Notes under the pieces: generated by a model
Database searches by the model: none
Told to the model about the DNA's origin: nothing
Seen by the model: only the letters and a program-made list of their open reading frames with translations
Assembly (NCBI GenBank): GCA_918272565.1
Contig: CAKJYW010000001.1
Span: forward strand, 6,353-70,352
DNA: 64,000 nucleotides
Reading direction: 5' to 3'
Source of the DNA: Bacilli bacterium
GTDB taxonomy: Bacteria > Bacillota_I > Bacilli_A > ML615J-28 > CAG-698
Shown here: positions 1 through 8,995 of the stretch, one piece after another
Layout of the letters: each line of letters begins with the position of its first letter
Position numbering within the stretch: position 1 is the first letter of the stretch
Program-made: the position numbers and the translations under genes

Positions 1-556
1 TATAGCTACCGCTATTACGTCTATAGAAACTATAGACTCCTGATATTAATCCTCCTGCTCCTATGTTATAAGCAAAAGAAGTATAACCGATTATATTAAC
101 CATCACCACCGCAATCCCACTGATTAGACTTGCTCTAGCCTCAACTAAAAGCACTTTAGTTATTAGTTGGAAGTCGGTAGCACCAAGGGATTTTACAGCT
201 TCGATTTCTCCATATGGCACATCTATTAGTGATTGCTCTACCATTCTTGCTGTAAAGCCTAAGGAAGCAATAACTAGAGGAATTAAAATAGTATACCAAT
301 ATCCTGTTCCATAATTAAATACACCTCGTGTTATAGGAATACAAATAACAATTATTATTAGACAAGGAACACTACGTAAGATATTTACAATTCCTCCTAA
401 AATGAAATTAACTGTTTTGTTTGGTCTAATACCATTTTTACTAGTTACACTTAGTAAAACACCAACAGGAAGTCCTATTAAATAAGCGAAGAATGTTGAT
501 ATAACAGTTATGATTATTGTTTCATAAAACATTTTGAATATTTCATTAAAAGGCAT
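1..556 (-). CDS. metI: Methionine ABC transporter permease MetI, 3' end truncated by the window start
   Basis: Minus-strand ATG at 556 overlaps the metN stop by 11 nt. Reading frame is open to position 1. Translation MPFNEIFKMFYE...GIRPNKTVNFILGGIVNILRSVP...EAVKSLGATDFQ carries the ABC permease EAA-like loop. It is absent from the ORF track because no stop lies inside the window. Confidence 0.75.
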   Translation of the reverse strand, partial: MPFNEIFKMFYETIIITVISTFFAYLIGLPVGVLLSVTSKNGIRPNKTVNFILGGIVNILRSVPCLIIIVICIPITRGVFNYGTGYWYTILIPLVIASLGFTARMVEQSLIDVPYGEIEAVKSLGATDFQLITKVLLVEARASLISGIAVVMVNIIGYTSFAYNIGAGGLISGVYSFYRRNSGSY

Positions 557-1517
557 CTTCACCAACCTCCTCGTAATGAATGTTATTTAATTTGAGATAT
601 CTTTCTAGTTTTTCGATATCTTCATCATAATATGGTAATTTAAAGATCATTTGTCCATACATTTTATCTTTGATAGCACGACTATCAGCATAAACGATAG
701 AAACTAAGATATTACAGTTTTGAATGATGTTTGTAATAATTGGCGTTTCTACTTCGCCATTAAAGATTACTTTGATGAATTTCTTACCATCTAATTTAGT
801 ATTGATGTGACCTGAATAAATAAGTTTCTTTGTGATGTCTGATTTAGGAGATAAGAAGACGTTATAGATTTCTCCATCTTCAATGATTTTGCTTTTATCG
901 ATTATTGCAACTTTATTACAAATCTTTTCAATAACGTTCATTTGATGGGAAATGATGATAATCGTTAATCCCATCTTTTCATTTAAATCTTTTAATAAAT
1001 CAAGAATTGATAGTGTAGTTTCAGGATCGAGGGCTGATGTTGCTTCGTCTGATAAAAGTATTTCTGGATCAGTCATTAAGCTTCTAGCAATTGCAACTCT
1101 TTGCATTTGACCACCAGATAGCTCACTAGGATATGAATTATATTTATCTTTTAAATCAACTAAATCTAATAATCTTTTGGCTTTCTCTAAAGAATCTTTA
1201 TCTTTAACAATGTCCCCCGCAAGTTTAACATTTTCTAAAACAGTCTTTTGACTAAGAAGGTTAAATGATTGAAAAATCATTGAAACTTTTCTTCTATAGT
1301 CACGATTAAAAGTGACTTCCTTATCATGAAATAAGATTTTCCCACTATCAAATTTCTCTAACCCATTGATACATCTAACTAATGTTGACTTACCGGCACC
1401 AGATAAGCCTAAGATTCCATAGATGTCACCTTTATTAATTGATAGATTAATATCTTGTAATACAACATTCTCGTTATATTTTTTATTCAAATTAACTATT
1501 TTTAAAATTTCACTCAT
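546..1517 (-). CDS. metN: Methionine ABC transporter ATP-binding protein MetN (ABC ATPase plus C-terminal NIL domain)
   Basis: Walker A GLSGAGKST, signature [13 protein letters not shown] and Walker B ILLSDEATSALD are present. True start is ATG at 1517 (MSEILK) with SD GGAGG upstream. The track start at 1550 reads through the RBS and terminator. Confidence 0.88.
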   Translation of the reverse strand: MSEILKIVNLNKKYNENVVLQDINLSINKGDIYGILGLSGAGKSTLVRCINGLEKFDSGKILFHDKEVTFNRDYRRKVSMIFQSFNLLSQKTVLENVKLAGDIVKDKDSLEKAKRLLDLVDLKDKYNSYPSELSGGQMQRVAIARSLMTDPEILLSDEATSALDPETTLSILDLLKDLNEKMGLTIIIISHQMNVIEKICNKVAIIDKSKIIEDGEIYNVFLSPKSDITKKLIYSGHINTKLDGKKFIKVIFNGEVETPIITNIIQNCNILVSIVYADSRAIKDKMYGQMIFKLPYYDEDIEKLERYLKLNNIHYEEVGEDAF

Positions 1518-1530
1518 TTTTCCTCCTATA

Positions 1531-1571
1531 AAAAAAGTCCTTAAAAACAATAAAAAATTGCTTTTAAGGAC
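1531..1571 (-). terminator. T-box attenuator/terminator hairpin (GTCCTTAAAA / TTTTAAGGAC, 10-bp stem) followed by a U-run on the minus strand
   Basis: Perfect inverted repeat 1537-1546 / 1562-1571 lies immediately upstream of the metN RBS. The T-box core on its 5' side can alternatively pair as an antiterminator. Confidence 0.6.
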
Positions 1572-1800
1572 GAATGATTCGTGGTACCAACCTTAATTCA
1601 AAAACTAAAAAGATATTAGTTTTCCTATTTTCTAGTCGCATAGATTTGACTATTTAAACTATATCGCTTTAACGGGCGAACGCGTCATTTCTTAAGTGTA
1701 GACAGTTCGGAAATGATTGCTCCTAGACCATGTTCATAAATCTCATCTTGCATCATTCCACCAAACTGATGCTCTCTATAAAGATTTAACTTACTACTCA
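1531..1800 (-). promoter_or_regulatory. T-box leader (tRNA-sensing riboswitch) controlling metNI, probable Met specifier
   Basis: The minus-strand reverse complement of 1580-1598 reads AATTAAGGTTGGTACCACG, matching the T-box consensus AATTAGGGTGGTACCGCG, and is followed by the terminator. Stem I candidates carry AGAGAG, GGTGGAATGATG and AAGATGA (ATG at plus 1744-1746 and 1751-1756). Confidence 0.65.
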
Positions 1801-1885
1801 TCTATTCATAGCACTATTAAGTTACTTATATTATATCTTTATAATTTATCTATATTCAATATAAATAAATATGTAAATGTTTACA

Positions 1886-1912
1886 TAAATTAAAAGGCTG
1901 CAATAAGCAGCC
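1886..1912 (-). terminator. Rho-independent terminator downstream of the ferredoxin gene
   Basis: GGCTGC-AATAA-GCAGCC hairpin at 1896-1912 with T-rich tracts on both strands, so it may act bidirectionally. Confidence 0.55.
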
Positions 1913-1926
1913 GTTTTATTATGCTA

Positions 1927-2094
1927 TTATTTTTCTTCAATAGCTTCAACTGGACAGTTTTCTTGACAAACACCACAATCAATACATTGATCTGGGTCGA
2001 TAACGTAAACGTCACCTTCTTTAATACAATCAACTGGACAGTTTTGAGCGCATGTACCACATGCGATACATTGATCAGTAATAAATCTTGGCAT
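1927..2094 (-). CDS. fdx: 4Fe-4S ferredoxin (55 aa)
   Basis: Minus-strand translation MPRFITDQCIACGTCAQNCPVDCIKEGDVYVIDPDQCIDCGVCQENCPVEAIEEK contains two CxxCxxCxxxCP clusters. A strong SD AGGAGGT sits 7 nt upstream. The plus-strand ORF 1921..2115 in the track is its antisense artefact. Confidence 0.85.
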   Translation of the reverse strand: MPRFITDQCIACGTCAQNCPVDCIKEGDVYVIDPDQCIDCGVCQENCPVEAIEEK

Positions 2095-2177
2095 AATATA
2101 CCTCCTATAGGATGATATAATTATATCATATTATTGGTTATTGTAAAGATGTAAAATGAAAAATGATGAATTAATAA

Positions 2178-2205
2178 TTGACACAATTATCTATTTTGCC
2201 ATAAT
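2178..2205 (+). promoter_or_regulatory. Sigma-A-like promoter TTGACA-16-CATAAT upstream of yneF
   Basis: TTGACA at 2178-2183 and CATAAT at 2200-2205. Confidence 0.45.
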
Positions 2206-2271
2206 CATTAAGTTGCTTTTTTTCTTTATTTATAGTAAAATATTACTAGAAAAAAAGAAGAGGTGTTAATT

Positions 2272-2490
2272 ATGCAATTATGGTTAGCAATCGTATTAAT
2301 TGTTGTGGCATTACTTGCGGGTGCTGTTGCTGGTTTCTTTATCAGTAGAAAAGTATTTACTAAATATTTAGAAAAGAACCCTCCAGTAAATGAAAAGATG
2401 ATTAGAGCGATGTTCCAATCAATGGGAAGAACTCCATCTGAAAAACAAGTTAGACAAGTTATGGCATCTATGCAAAATGCTAAAAACTAA
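2272..2490 (+). CDS. yneF: UPF0154 family small membrane protein (YneF-like)
   Basis: MQLWLAIVLIVVALLAGAVAGFFISRKVFTKYLEKNPPVNEKMIRAMFQSMGRTPSEKQV resembles B. subtilis YneF. SD GAAGAGGTG at 2257-2265 supports ATG 2272 over the track's GTG at 2263. Confidence 0.8.
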   Translation: MQLWLAIVLIVVALLAGAVAGFFISRKVFTKYLEKNPPVNEKMIRAMFQSMGRTPSEKQVRQVMASMQNAKN

Positions 2491-2517
2491 GCGCGTAATA
2501 TGCGCTTATTTTTTTAC
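2489..2517 (+). terminator. Rho-independent terminator after yneF
   Basis: aAGCGC-gtaatat-GCGCTt hairpin followed by TATTTTTTT. Confidence 0.65.
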
Positions 2518-2606
2518 TTTTTTTTAATTATACTTGTTTTTAAGTTAATATCGCTAATCATTATCAAAAAGCAATTATGAATATGATTAAAGTGTGAAAA
2601 ATAGAT

Positions 2607-2644
2607 TTGATATTTTATTAAATATATGCTATAATATGTATAAT
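2607..2644 (+). promoter_or_regulatory. Sigma-A promoter TTGATA-17-TATAAT (tandem second TATAAT) for parE-parC
   Basis: TTGATA at 2607-2612 and TATAAT at 2630-2635 (a second TATAAT at 2639-2644), 20-30 nt upstream of the parE RBS. Confidence 0.55.
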
Positions 2645-2665
2645 GAATAGGAAAGGGTGAATTTT

Positions 2666-4651
2666 ATGGCAACTAATAAAGCTAATAATTACACAAGTGA
2701 TCAAATACAAGTATTAAAAGGATTAGAAGGTGTTAGAAAACGTCCGGGAATGTACATTGGTTCTACTGACTCTCGTGGTTTACACCATTTGATTTGGGAA
2801 ATCTTTGATAATTCAGTTGATGAAGTATTAAGCGATTATGCTAATCAAATTAGAATAATTATCCACAAAGGTAACTCAATTGAAGTTATGGATAATGGTC
2901 GTGGTATTCCTATTGGAATGCATAAGACTGGTGTGCCTACTCCTCAAGTTGTATTTTGTGAACTTCACTCTGGTGGTAAATTTGATGATTCATCATATAA
3001 AGTAAGTGGTGGTTTACATGGCGTTGGTGCTTCTGTTGTAAATGCCTTAAGTGAGTGGATGGAAATCACTATTTGTAGAGATGGAAAGATTTACACTCAA
3101 AGATTTGAAGATGGTGGTAAAGTCATCAAGAAACCTAAAGTTGTTAGTGATTCATCAAAAAGACGAGGAACTACAGTTCACTTTAAACCAGACCCTTCCA
3201 TCTTTTCAACAACCTTAGTTGACTATAAACTTTGTAGCCAAAGGATTAAAGAAACTGCCTTCTTAACTAGAGGATTAAAAGTTGAACTAATTGATGAAAG
3301 AACTGGTCAAAGTGAAACATTTAAATATGAAACTGGTATTATTGAATATGCTAAAGATTTAGCAGGAGATAAGAAAGCTTTATGTGACCCTATCTATTTA
3401 TCAGGTGAATTCGATGTTACACCTGAAGAGACAAATAGCGATAAAAAAGTAATTATTACAGCTGAAGCTGCCCTAGCATACACTGCTAAAACTTATTCAG
3501 AACACATCTTATCATATGTTAATAACGTTAGAACAACTGACGGTGGAACTCATGAGACAGGATTTAAGAGTGGTCTTACTAAAGCTTTTAATGAACACGC
3601 TAGGATGGCAGGTTTATTAAAAGAAAAAGATCCAAATCTAGATGGTAGTGATATTAGAACAGGATTAACTGCAGTAATTAGCGTTAGAATTCCTGAAAAG
3701 ATTTTACAATTTGAATCTCAAACAAAATCTAAACTAGGAACTGCTGAAGCTAAGAGTGCTGTTGAAAGTATCATTTCTGAAAAGATGAAATTCTTCCTAA
3801 GCGAAAAAGGTGAAATTGCTAACCTATTAATTGGTAATGCAATTAGTGCTTTTAAAGAGCGTGAGCAAATAAGGAAAGTTAGAGAAGATATTCGTGAAAT
3901 AAAAGAAAAGGTAAGTAAGCCATTTAACATGAATGGTAAACTAACTCCTGCTCAAGCAAGAAATCCAGAAATTAATGAGCTTTTCTTAGTCGAAGGTGAT
4001 AGTGCTGGTGGAAGTGCTCGTCAAGGTCGTGATAGACGCTTCCAAGCAATCTTACCTTTAAGAGGTAAAGTAATTAACGCTGAAAAGAATTCTCAACAAG
4101 AACTTCTAAAGAATGAAGAAATCTTATCGATTATTCATGCAATCGGTGCTGGTATTGGAAAAGATTTCAATATCAATAAATGCAATTACAAGAAAGTTGT
4201 AATTATGACCGATGCGGATACCGATGGAGCACACATTCAAATATTGTTACTTACTTTCTTCTTTAGATATATGAAGCCTTTAATTGATGATGGTAGAGTT
4301 TATATCGCCATGCCTCCTCTTTATAAGATTAGTTATAAAGGAAAAGTAGAATATGCTTGGAGTGATGAAGAATTAAGAGAAAAGTTAGCTGAAGGCAAAC
4401 AAACTAACGTTCAACGTTTCAAAGGTTTAGGTGAAATGAACTTCACTCAACTTTGGGAAACTACAATGTGTCCTGAAACAAGAACTTTAGTTAGAGTTAA
4501 TATTGAAGACTTTGGTGAAGCTGATAACTGTATTAATATCTTGATGAGTGATGATGTTGAACCACGTAGAGAGTGGATTGAGAACAATGTTTCTTTCGAA
4601 AATGTTGACAATTTTACATTAGAGAATGTTGAGGTACTTGGCGATGAGTAA
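2666..4651 (+). CDS. parE: DNA topoisomerase IV subunit B (ParE/GrlB), not gyrase B
   Basis: GHKL ATPase and TOPRIM motifs (EGDSAGG, PLRGK) are present. The N-terminal signature TDSRGLHHLIWEIFDNSVDEVL matches ParE (DNSVDEVL) rather than GyrB (DNSIDEAL). True start is ATG at 2666 after SD AAGGGTGA. The stop overlaps the parC start (ATGAGTAA). Confidence 0.8.
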   Translation: MATNKANNYTSDQIQVLKGLEGVRKRPGMYIGSTDSRGLHHLIWEIFDNSVDEVLSDYANQIRIIIHKGNSIEVMDNGRGIPIGMHKTGVPTPQVVFCELHSGGKFDDSSYKVSGGLHGVGASVVNALSEWMEITICRDGKIYTQRFEDGGKVIKKPKVVSDSSKRRGTTVHFKPDPSIFSTTLVDYKLCSQRIKETAFLTRGLKVELIDERTGQSETFKYETGIIEYAKDLAGDKKALCDPIYLSGEFDVTPEETNSDKKVIITAEAALAYTAKTYSEHILSYVNNVRTTDGGTHETGFKSGLTKAFNEHARMAGLLKEKDPNLDGSDIRTGLTAVISVRIPEKILQFESQTKSKLGTAEAKSAVESIISEKMKFFLSEKGEIANLLIGNAISAFKEREQIRKVREDIREIKEKVSKPFNMNGKLTPAQARNPEINELFLVEGDSAGGSARQGRDRRFQAILPLRGKVINAEKNSQQELLKNEEILSIIHAIGAGIGKDFNINKCNYKKVVIMTDADTDGAHIQILLLTFFFRYMKPLIDDGRVYIAMPPLYKISYKGKVEYAWSDEELREKLAEGKQTNVQRFKGLGEMNFTQLWETTMCPETRTLVRVNIEDFGEADNCINILMSDDVEPRREWIENNVSFENVDNFTLENVEVLGDE

Positions 4652-7106
4652 GAAGACAACAAAACTAATTGAAGAATTTGTAAATGAGAGGATTTTAAAC
4701 GACAATCTTGAAGAGATATTTGGTGATCGTTTTGGTCGTTATTCTAAATATATCATTCAAGATCGTGCGATTCCAGACGTTAGAGATGGTTTAAAACCTG
4801 TTCAAAGAAGAATTCTATTTGCTATGTATCGTCTTGGTATCTTTTATAACAAGCCTTATAAAAAGAGTGCGAGAATTGTTGGTGAAGTAATAGGTAAATA
4901 TCACCCTCATGGTGACACTTCAGTTTATGATGCTCTAGTTAGAATGAGTCAAGATTTCAAGACTCGTTTTCCTCTAATTGACATGCAAGGAAACAACGGC
5001 TCAATCGACGGCGATGGTGCCGCCGCAATGCGTTACACAGAGGCGCGTCTTAGCAAATTTAGTGATTATCTACTTAAAGACATTAACAAAAAGACTGTAG
5101 GATTTGTTCCTAATTTCGATGATGAGGAATATGAACCCGTTGTCCTTCCTAGTGCTTTCCCTAACCTTTTAGTAAATGGAGCAACAGGTATAAGTGCTGG
5201 GTACGCAACTGAGATTCCACCTCACAATATCGACGAAGTAATTAATGCCACAATCTATCGTATCAACAATCCTAATTGTAAATTAAAAGATATCATGAGA
5301 ATAATCTTAGGACCAGATTTCCCTACTGGCGGTATTGTTCAAGGAATCGATGCCTTAAAACAAGCTTATGAAACTGGTCGTGGCAAGATTGTTGTTAAGA
5401 GTAAGACAGAAATCAAAGATTTAGATAAGATTTATCAACTTCAAGTTACCGAAATTCCATATAATGTCAATAAGAGTCAACTAATTAAGAGAATGAGTGA
5501 ATCTGTTGAACAAAAGAACATCGATGGTGTACTTGATATTAGAGATGAATCTGATAAAGAAGGTTTAAGTATTGTTGTTGACATAAGAAAAGATGCGAAC
5601 CCTGAATTCATTCGTAATTTCTTCTTTAAAAACACTGAGCTTCAAATCAATTACAACTTTAATGTTGTAGCTATTTGTAACAAGCGACCTATGCAACTTG
5701 GTTTACTTCAAATGCTTGATGCCTACATTGAGCATCAAAAAGAAGTAATCACAAATAGAAGTAATTTTGAATTAGCATCAGCTAAAAAGCGACTTCATAT
5801 TGTTGAAGGATTAATAAGCATGACATCTATTTTAGATGCTGTTATCCAAACAATTAGAAATAGTGCTAATAAAAAAGATGCTAAAGAAAACTTAATTACA
5901 ATGTTTGGTTTCACTGAGATTCAAGCTGAAGCTATCGTTATGTTACAACTATATCGTTTAACTAATACTGATATTGTAGCTTTGATGGATGAAAAAGAGA
6001 ATTTAAGTGAAAGAATCAAGGAATTAGAAGAGATTCTTTCTAACGAAGAAAGTTTGCTTAACTTAATTAAAAAAGAATTACTTAATACATTAGAAGAATT
6101 ATCAACACCTAGAAAGACAGTTATTGAACATGAGATTGAAGATTTGAATGTTCAAGAAAAGGTAATGATTCCAAAGGAAGATGTTATAATCTTAATTACT
6201 AAAGATGGTTACATTAAGAGAATGTATCCAAAGAATTATTACACTGATGATGATACAAAGATCAAAGAAGATGACACAATCATTGCAACATATAACTGTA
6301 CTACACTAGATACATTATTACTATTCTCTACTGAAGGTAATTATGTATATTTACCAGTTAGTAACATCCCAGATTGTAAACATAAAGATATGGGTAGAAA
6401 CATCTCTACTTTAGTTAATATTGGTGCTGATGAACATATAATTTATGCTGTTCCAATTGATGACTTCTCTAAAGAACGTTATCTACTCTTCACAACAAAA
6501 TCAGGTTTAACAAAGCGTACTTTAATTAAAGACTTAGAGGCTACTCGTTTTGGTAAAGCACTAAAAGCTACTAAAGTTAGACCTGGAGATGCGGTTGTTA
6601 GCGTTGATATTTGCGATGGTGAAAAAGGCGATGTTGTGATGGTTACTAAAGAAGGATTCATGACTAGATATCCACTTGATGAAATCAGCTTATTTGCACC
6701 TGCTTCATTTGGTGTTAAGGCTCTTGAAATGAAGAACCGTCCAAATGATGAAGTAGTAAGTGGTTATTATGTTAATGATAAAGATGTAATTGTAGTACTT
6801 ACTGGAAGTGGTGTTATTAAGAGATTTAAACCTAGTGAAATCGTCAAAGGTCACAAGACTCATGTAGGTAGACAGTACATCCAATCAGCTAAATCTAAGA
6901 CTAATGTCATCGATGTTAAAATCGTTCATGCTCCTAACATTAAAGAAGGATATGTTGAATCATACATCGAAGGAACAGATGGAATTGCTCCAATTGATCT
7001 TGGTTTAGTTAAAGGAACTACTAAGACTAGTAGTCAAAGTATGAATGTTGGTAAGCCTAAGAAGATTATTATCGTAAGAAATAACAAGGACTTTAATACA
7101 AAATAG
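4644..7106 (+). CDS. parC: DNA topoisomerase IV subunit A (ParC/GrlA)
   Basis: FGDRFGRYSKYIIQDRAIPDVRDGLKPVQRRILFAMY has the ParC-type VQRRIL (GyrA has VHRRIL). No GyrA-box QRRGGKG occurs in the C-terminal domain. Start is ATG at 4644 (MSKKTTK) with SD GAGGT 8 nt upstream. Confidence 0.8.
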   Translation: MSKKTTKLIEEFVNERILNDNLEEIFGDRFGRYSKYIIQDRAIPDVRDGLKPVQRRILFAMYRLGIFYNKPYKKSARIVGEVIGKYHPHGDTSVYDALVRMSQDFKTRFPLIDMQGNNGSIDGDGAAAMRYTEARLSKFSDYLLKDINKKTVGFVPNFDDEEYEPVVLPSAFPNLLVNGATGISAGYATEIPPHNIDEVINATIYRINNPNCKLKDIMRIILGPDFPTGGIVQGIDALKQAYETGRGKIVVKSKTEIKDLDKIYQLQVTEIPYNVNKSQLIKRMSESVEQKNIDGVLDIRDESDKEGLSIVVDIRKDANPEFIRNFFFKNTELQINYNFNVVAICNKRPMQLGLLQMLDAYIEHQKEVITNRSNFELASAKKRLHIVEGLISMTSILDAVIQTIRNSANKKDAKENLITMFGFTEIQAEAIVMLQLYRLTNTDIVALMDEKENLSERIKELEEILSNEESLLNLIKKELLNTLEELSTPRKTVIEHEIEDLNVQEKVMIPKEDVIILITKDGYIKRMYPKNYYTDDDTKIKEDDTIIATYNCTTLDTLLLFSTEGNYVYLPVSNIPDCKHKDMGRNISTLVNIGADEHIIYAVPIDDFSKERYLLFTTKSGLTKRTLIKDLEATRFGKALKATKVRPGDAVVSVDICDGEKGDVVMVTKEGFMTRYPLDEISLFAPASFGVKALEMKNRPNDEVVSGYYVNDKDVIVVLTGSGVIKRFKPSEIVKGHKTHVGRQYIQSAKSKTNVIDVKIVHAPNIKEGYVESYIEGTDGIAPIDLGLVKGTTKTSSQSMNVGKPKKIIIVRNNKDFNTK

Positions 7107-7115
7107 GAGTATTTT

Positions 7116-8174
7116 ATGAGTTGTGTATTAAACATTAATCGATTTTTAATCCCCAATGATGTTATAGTTGACTTAAGTGATATCTACCAATATATTGGTG
7201 AGAATACTGAAGTCAGAAACACCGCATCAAGTGATTTAAATACGATAATAGATCAAACAGTAGAAAAAGATGCTTACTATTTAAGCAAAATTTTAGGCTT
7301 AGACATTAGCGATGCTAGAACTAGATTAATATTAAATAAGAATTCTAATCCAAGAAATAAAGAGGAAAATACCCTTTATAATCTAAAAGATATCTTATCA
7401 AGTTTTCAAAGAGAAAGTGATAGATTGCCTTTACAAACAAATGAATTCTTAAATGAGATTAATTATGTATTTAATCACTATTCAAAGGTTCGCTATGACT
7501 TCGTTTCAACAAAAAAACGTAGTGTTTTACAAGGCGAAGGAGATAGAAGTAAGAGACTTTTACTTGATGAAATCATCCAAGAAATGAATAATATTCTAAG
7601 AACTAGGAAATTTGAACGAATTATCCTCTATCTTCATTTCTTTATCGATTTTTATAATATCAAGCCATTCTATAGCTCTTCATATAATAACGTTAATGAT
7701 GTAGCTAGTTTATTACTTCTTTATAATCTAATGATTAAATCTAATTTAGAGTGTTTCCACTATGTTAGTTTCTTTGAACTAATCTATGAAGAATTACCTT
7801 TATTTAAAGAAGAGCTTTCTAATATTGCTTTTAACTGGGATGAGGGTTATGCTCAAACACTTGGCTTTGTAAGGTTTATCATGAATATCATCTTAACTGC
7901 TTATGAGAGAAATTATAAGCTTATGAAAGATTATAAATTTGATAAGAATTTCAAAAAGCAAGAAAACATTGAAAATACAATCATGGGCATGACTAAAGAA
8001 TTCTCTAAAGAAGATATTAGAGCTATTCATCCTTATGTTAGCGAGTCTACAATCAATCGTAGCTTAATAAGCTTAAGAGATAAAGGATTCATCGCTCCAA
8101 CAGGAAAAGGAAGAAGTGCTAAGTGGATCAAATTAGAAAGAAAGCGTAAGCATAATAATTATGAAAAAATGTAA
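7116..8174 (+). CDS. Hypothetical protein with C-terminal winged-HTH; possible degenerate Fic-fold (motif IKPFYSSSYNNVNDVASLLL in place of HPFxDGNGRxxRLL)
   Basis: SD AGGAG before the ATG. The C-terminus IHPYVSESTINRSLISLRDKGFIAPTGKGRSAKW is wHTH-like. The central segment LHFFIDFYNIKPFYSSSYNNVNDVASLLLLYNLM aligns loosely to the Fic core but lacks the catalytic His and GNGR. Confidence 0.45.
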   Translation: MSCVLNINRFLIPNDVIVDLSDIYQYIGENTEVRNTASSDLNTIIDQTVEKDAYYLSKILGLDISDARTRLILNKNSNPRNKEENTLYNLKDILSSFQRESDRLPLQTNEFLNEINYVFNHYSKVRYDFVSTKKRSVLQGEGDRSKRLLLDEIIQEMNNILRTRKFERIILYLHFFIDFYNIKPFYSSSYNNVNDVASLLLLYNLMIKSNLECFHYVSFFELIYEELPLFKEELSNIAFNWDEGYAQTLGFVRFIMNIILTAYERNYKLMKDYKFDKNFKKQENIENTIMGMTKEFSKEDIRAIHPYVSESTINRSLISLRDKGFIAPTGKGRSAKWIKLERKRKHNNYEKM

Positions 8175-8982
8175 TGAAGGTTTTAAATTTATTCATAATT
8201 ATCATTCACACTGCTATTTATGCGGTCATGCAACAGGAACTGTAAGTGATTACTGCGATGAAGCTTATCGACTTGGCTTTAAGGAGTGGGGAGTAAGTGA
8301 CCATGGGGCTCTAGCCCCACAGTGGAAAGCTAGAATGTCTATGGATGATTTTATCTTAAAATATTTACCTGAGATTGAATTTAATCAAAAGAAATATGAA
8401 GGTAAAATGAAGATTTATAAAGCAATAGAGATTGAATATTATAAAGAATATGATTTGTGGTATAGGGAATATTTAGATAGATATCACTTAGATTATCTTA
8501 TCTTAGGTCAACATGCACTTTATAAAGATGGTGAGTGGATTAGTCCTTACAAAGGATTCACTTTAGATGAAGTCATTGAATACAAAAATGAGATAATTAG
8601 TGGCATGGCTACGGGATATTTCAAGATCTTAGCTCACCCTGATTTATTCATGTTATCATTTGCAAGAGCTAACCAAACATGGGTTAAGGAACTTGATGAT
8701 ATATCTAAAGAAATCATCGAAGCTGCTATTGAATATAATGTTTATCTAGAAGTAAACATCAATGGCGCAAGAAGACCTAAGACAAAGAATGATTTGGGTG
8801 AAGAAACTTACGTTTACCCTTTCCTTAATTTTTGGCGCATTGCTTCAACTTACAAAGACGCTAAATTCATTTTAGGTAGTGACTCTCATAAAGTTGAGTA
8901 TCTAACTGATGGTAAGGATCAAGAGGTAATTGAATTTTGTAATAAAGTTGGTATTAAATTAGAAGAAAGAATTATTTTATAA
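8161..8982 (+). CDS. PHP-family metal-dependent phosphoesterase (histidinol-phosphatase HisJ/HisK-like)
   Basis: N-terminal HSHCYLCGHATG...GVSDHG (HxH and DH metal ligands) and a later AHPDLFML segment are typical of PHP domains. Confidence 0.7.
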   Translation: MKKCNEGFKFIHNYHSHCYLCGHATGTVSDYCDEAYRLGFKEWGVSDHGALAPQWKARMSMDDFILKYLPEIEFNQKKYEGKMKIYKAIEIEYYKEYDLWYREYLDRYHLDYLILGQHALYKDGEWISPYKGFTLDEVIEYKNEIISGMATGYFKILAHPDLFMLSFARANQTWVKELDDISKEIIEAAIEYNVYLEVNINGARRPKTKNDLGEETYVYPFLNFWRIASTYKDAKFILGSDSHKVEYLTDGKDQEVIEFCNKVGIKLEERIIL

Positions 8983-8995
8983 TAACGGTTTAATT

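Noticed and set aside
546-1550. N-terminal extensions of track ORFs (metN MFLRTFFIGGK, hisS MFRDFFYKGDKI, aspS MLVLSKVNN via TTG, lepA 21 aa, recU 5 aa, 17355 MIHLSCKGVF, ABC MRYSY via TTG, 19242 lipoprotein 13 aa)
   Set aside because: Each extension reads through an SD sequence or a terminator stem, and a downstream ATG with proper RBS spacing gives the canonical protein N-terminus. Feature coordinates were trimmed accordingly.
1551-1800. SAM (S-box) riboswitch upstream of metN
   Set aside because: A T-box core (AATTAAGGTTGGTACCACG) followed by a terminator is present instead. No SAM-I conserved elements were recognised.
1830-1860. Promoter for the metN T-box leader (TTGAAT-19-TATAAT on minus strand)
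   Set aside because: The spacer is 19 nt, so it is sub-optimal. Several alternative AT-rich hexamers nearby make the assignment ambiguous.
1921-2115. Track ORF on + strand (64 aa, MLLFFFNSFNWTVFL...)
   Set aside because: It is the antisense of a textbook 2x[4Fe-4S] ferredoxin with a strong SD on the minus strand; the plus-strand translation is low-complexity.
3718-6661. Short antisense ORFs inside parE/parC (3718..3930, 4447..4662, 6479..6661) and similar ones inside other genes (12125, 16540, 21442, 21975, 22163, 24487, 25451, 26973, 31337, 35683, 37495, 42004, 44508, 45318, 47398, 52115, 53444, 53588, 53842, 54196, 55264, 56354, 61800)
   Set aside because: All lie wholly inside longer, motif-supported genes on the other strand or frame. 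Their translations are Ser/Leu/Phe-rich as expected from AT-rich antisense.
2657-7106. Calling the topoisomerase pair gyrB/gyrA
   Set aside because: Subunit B has the ParE-type DNSVDEVL signature, subunit A has VQRRIL and no GyrA box, and the pair overlaps start/stop as parE-parC does. Its terminus-proximal position also fits topo IV.
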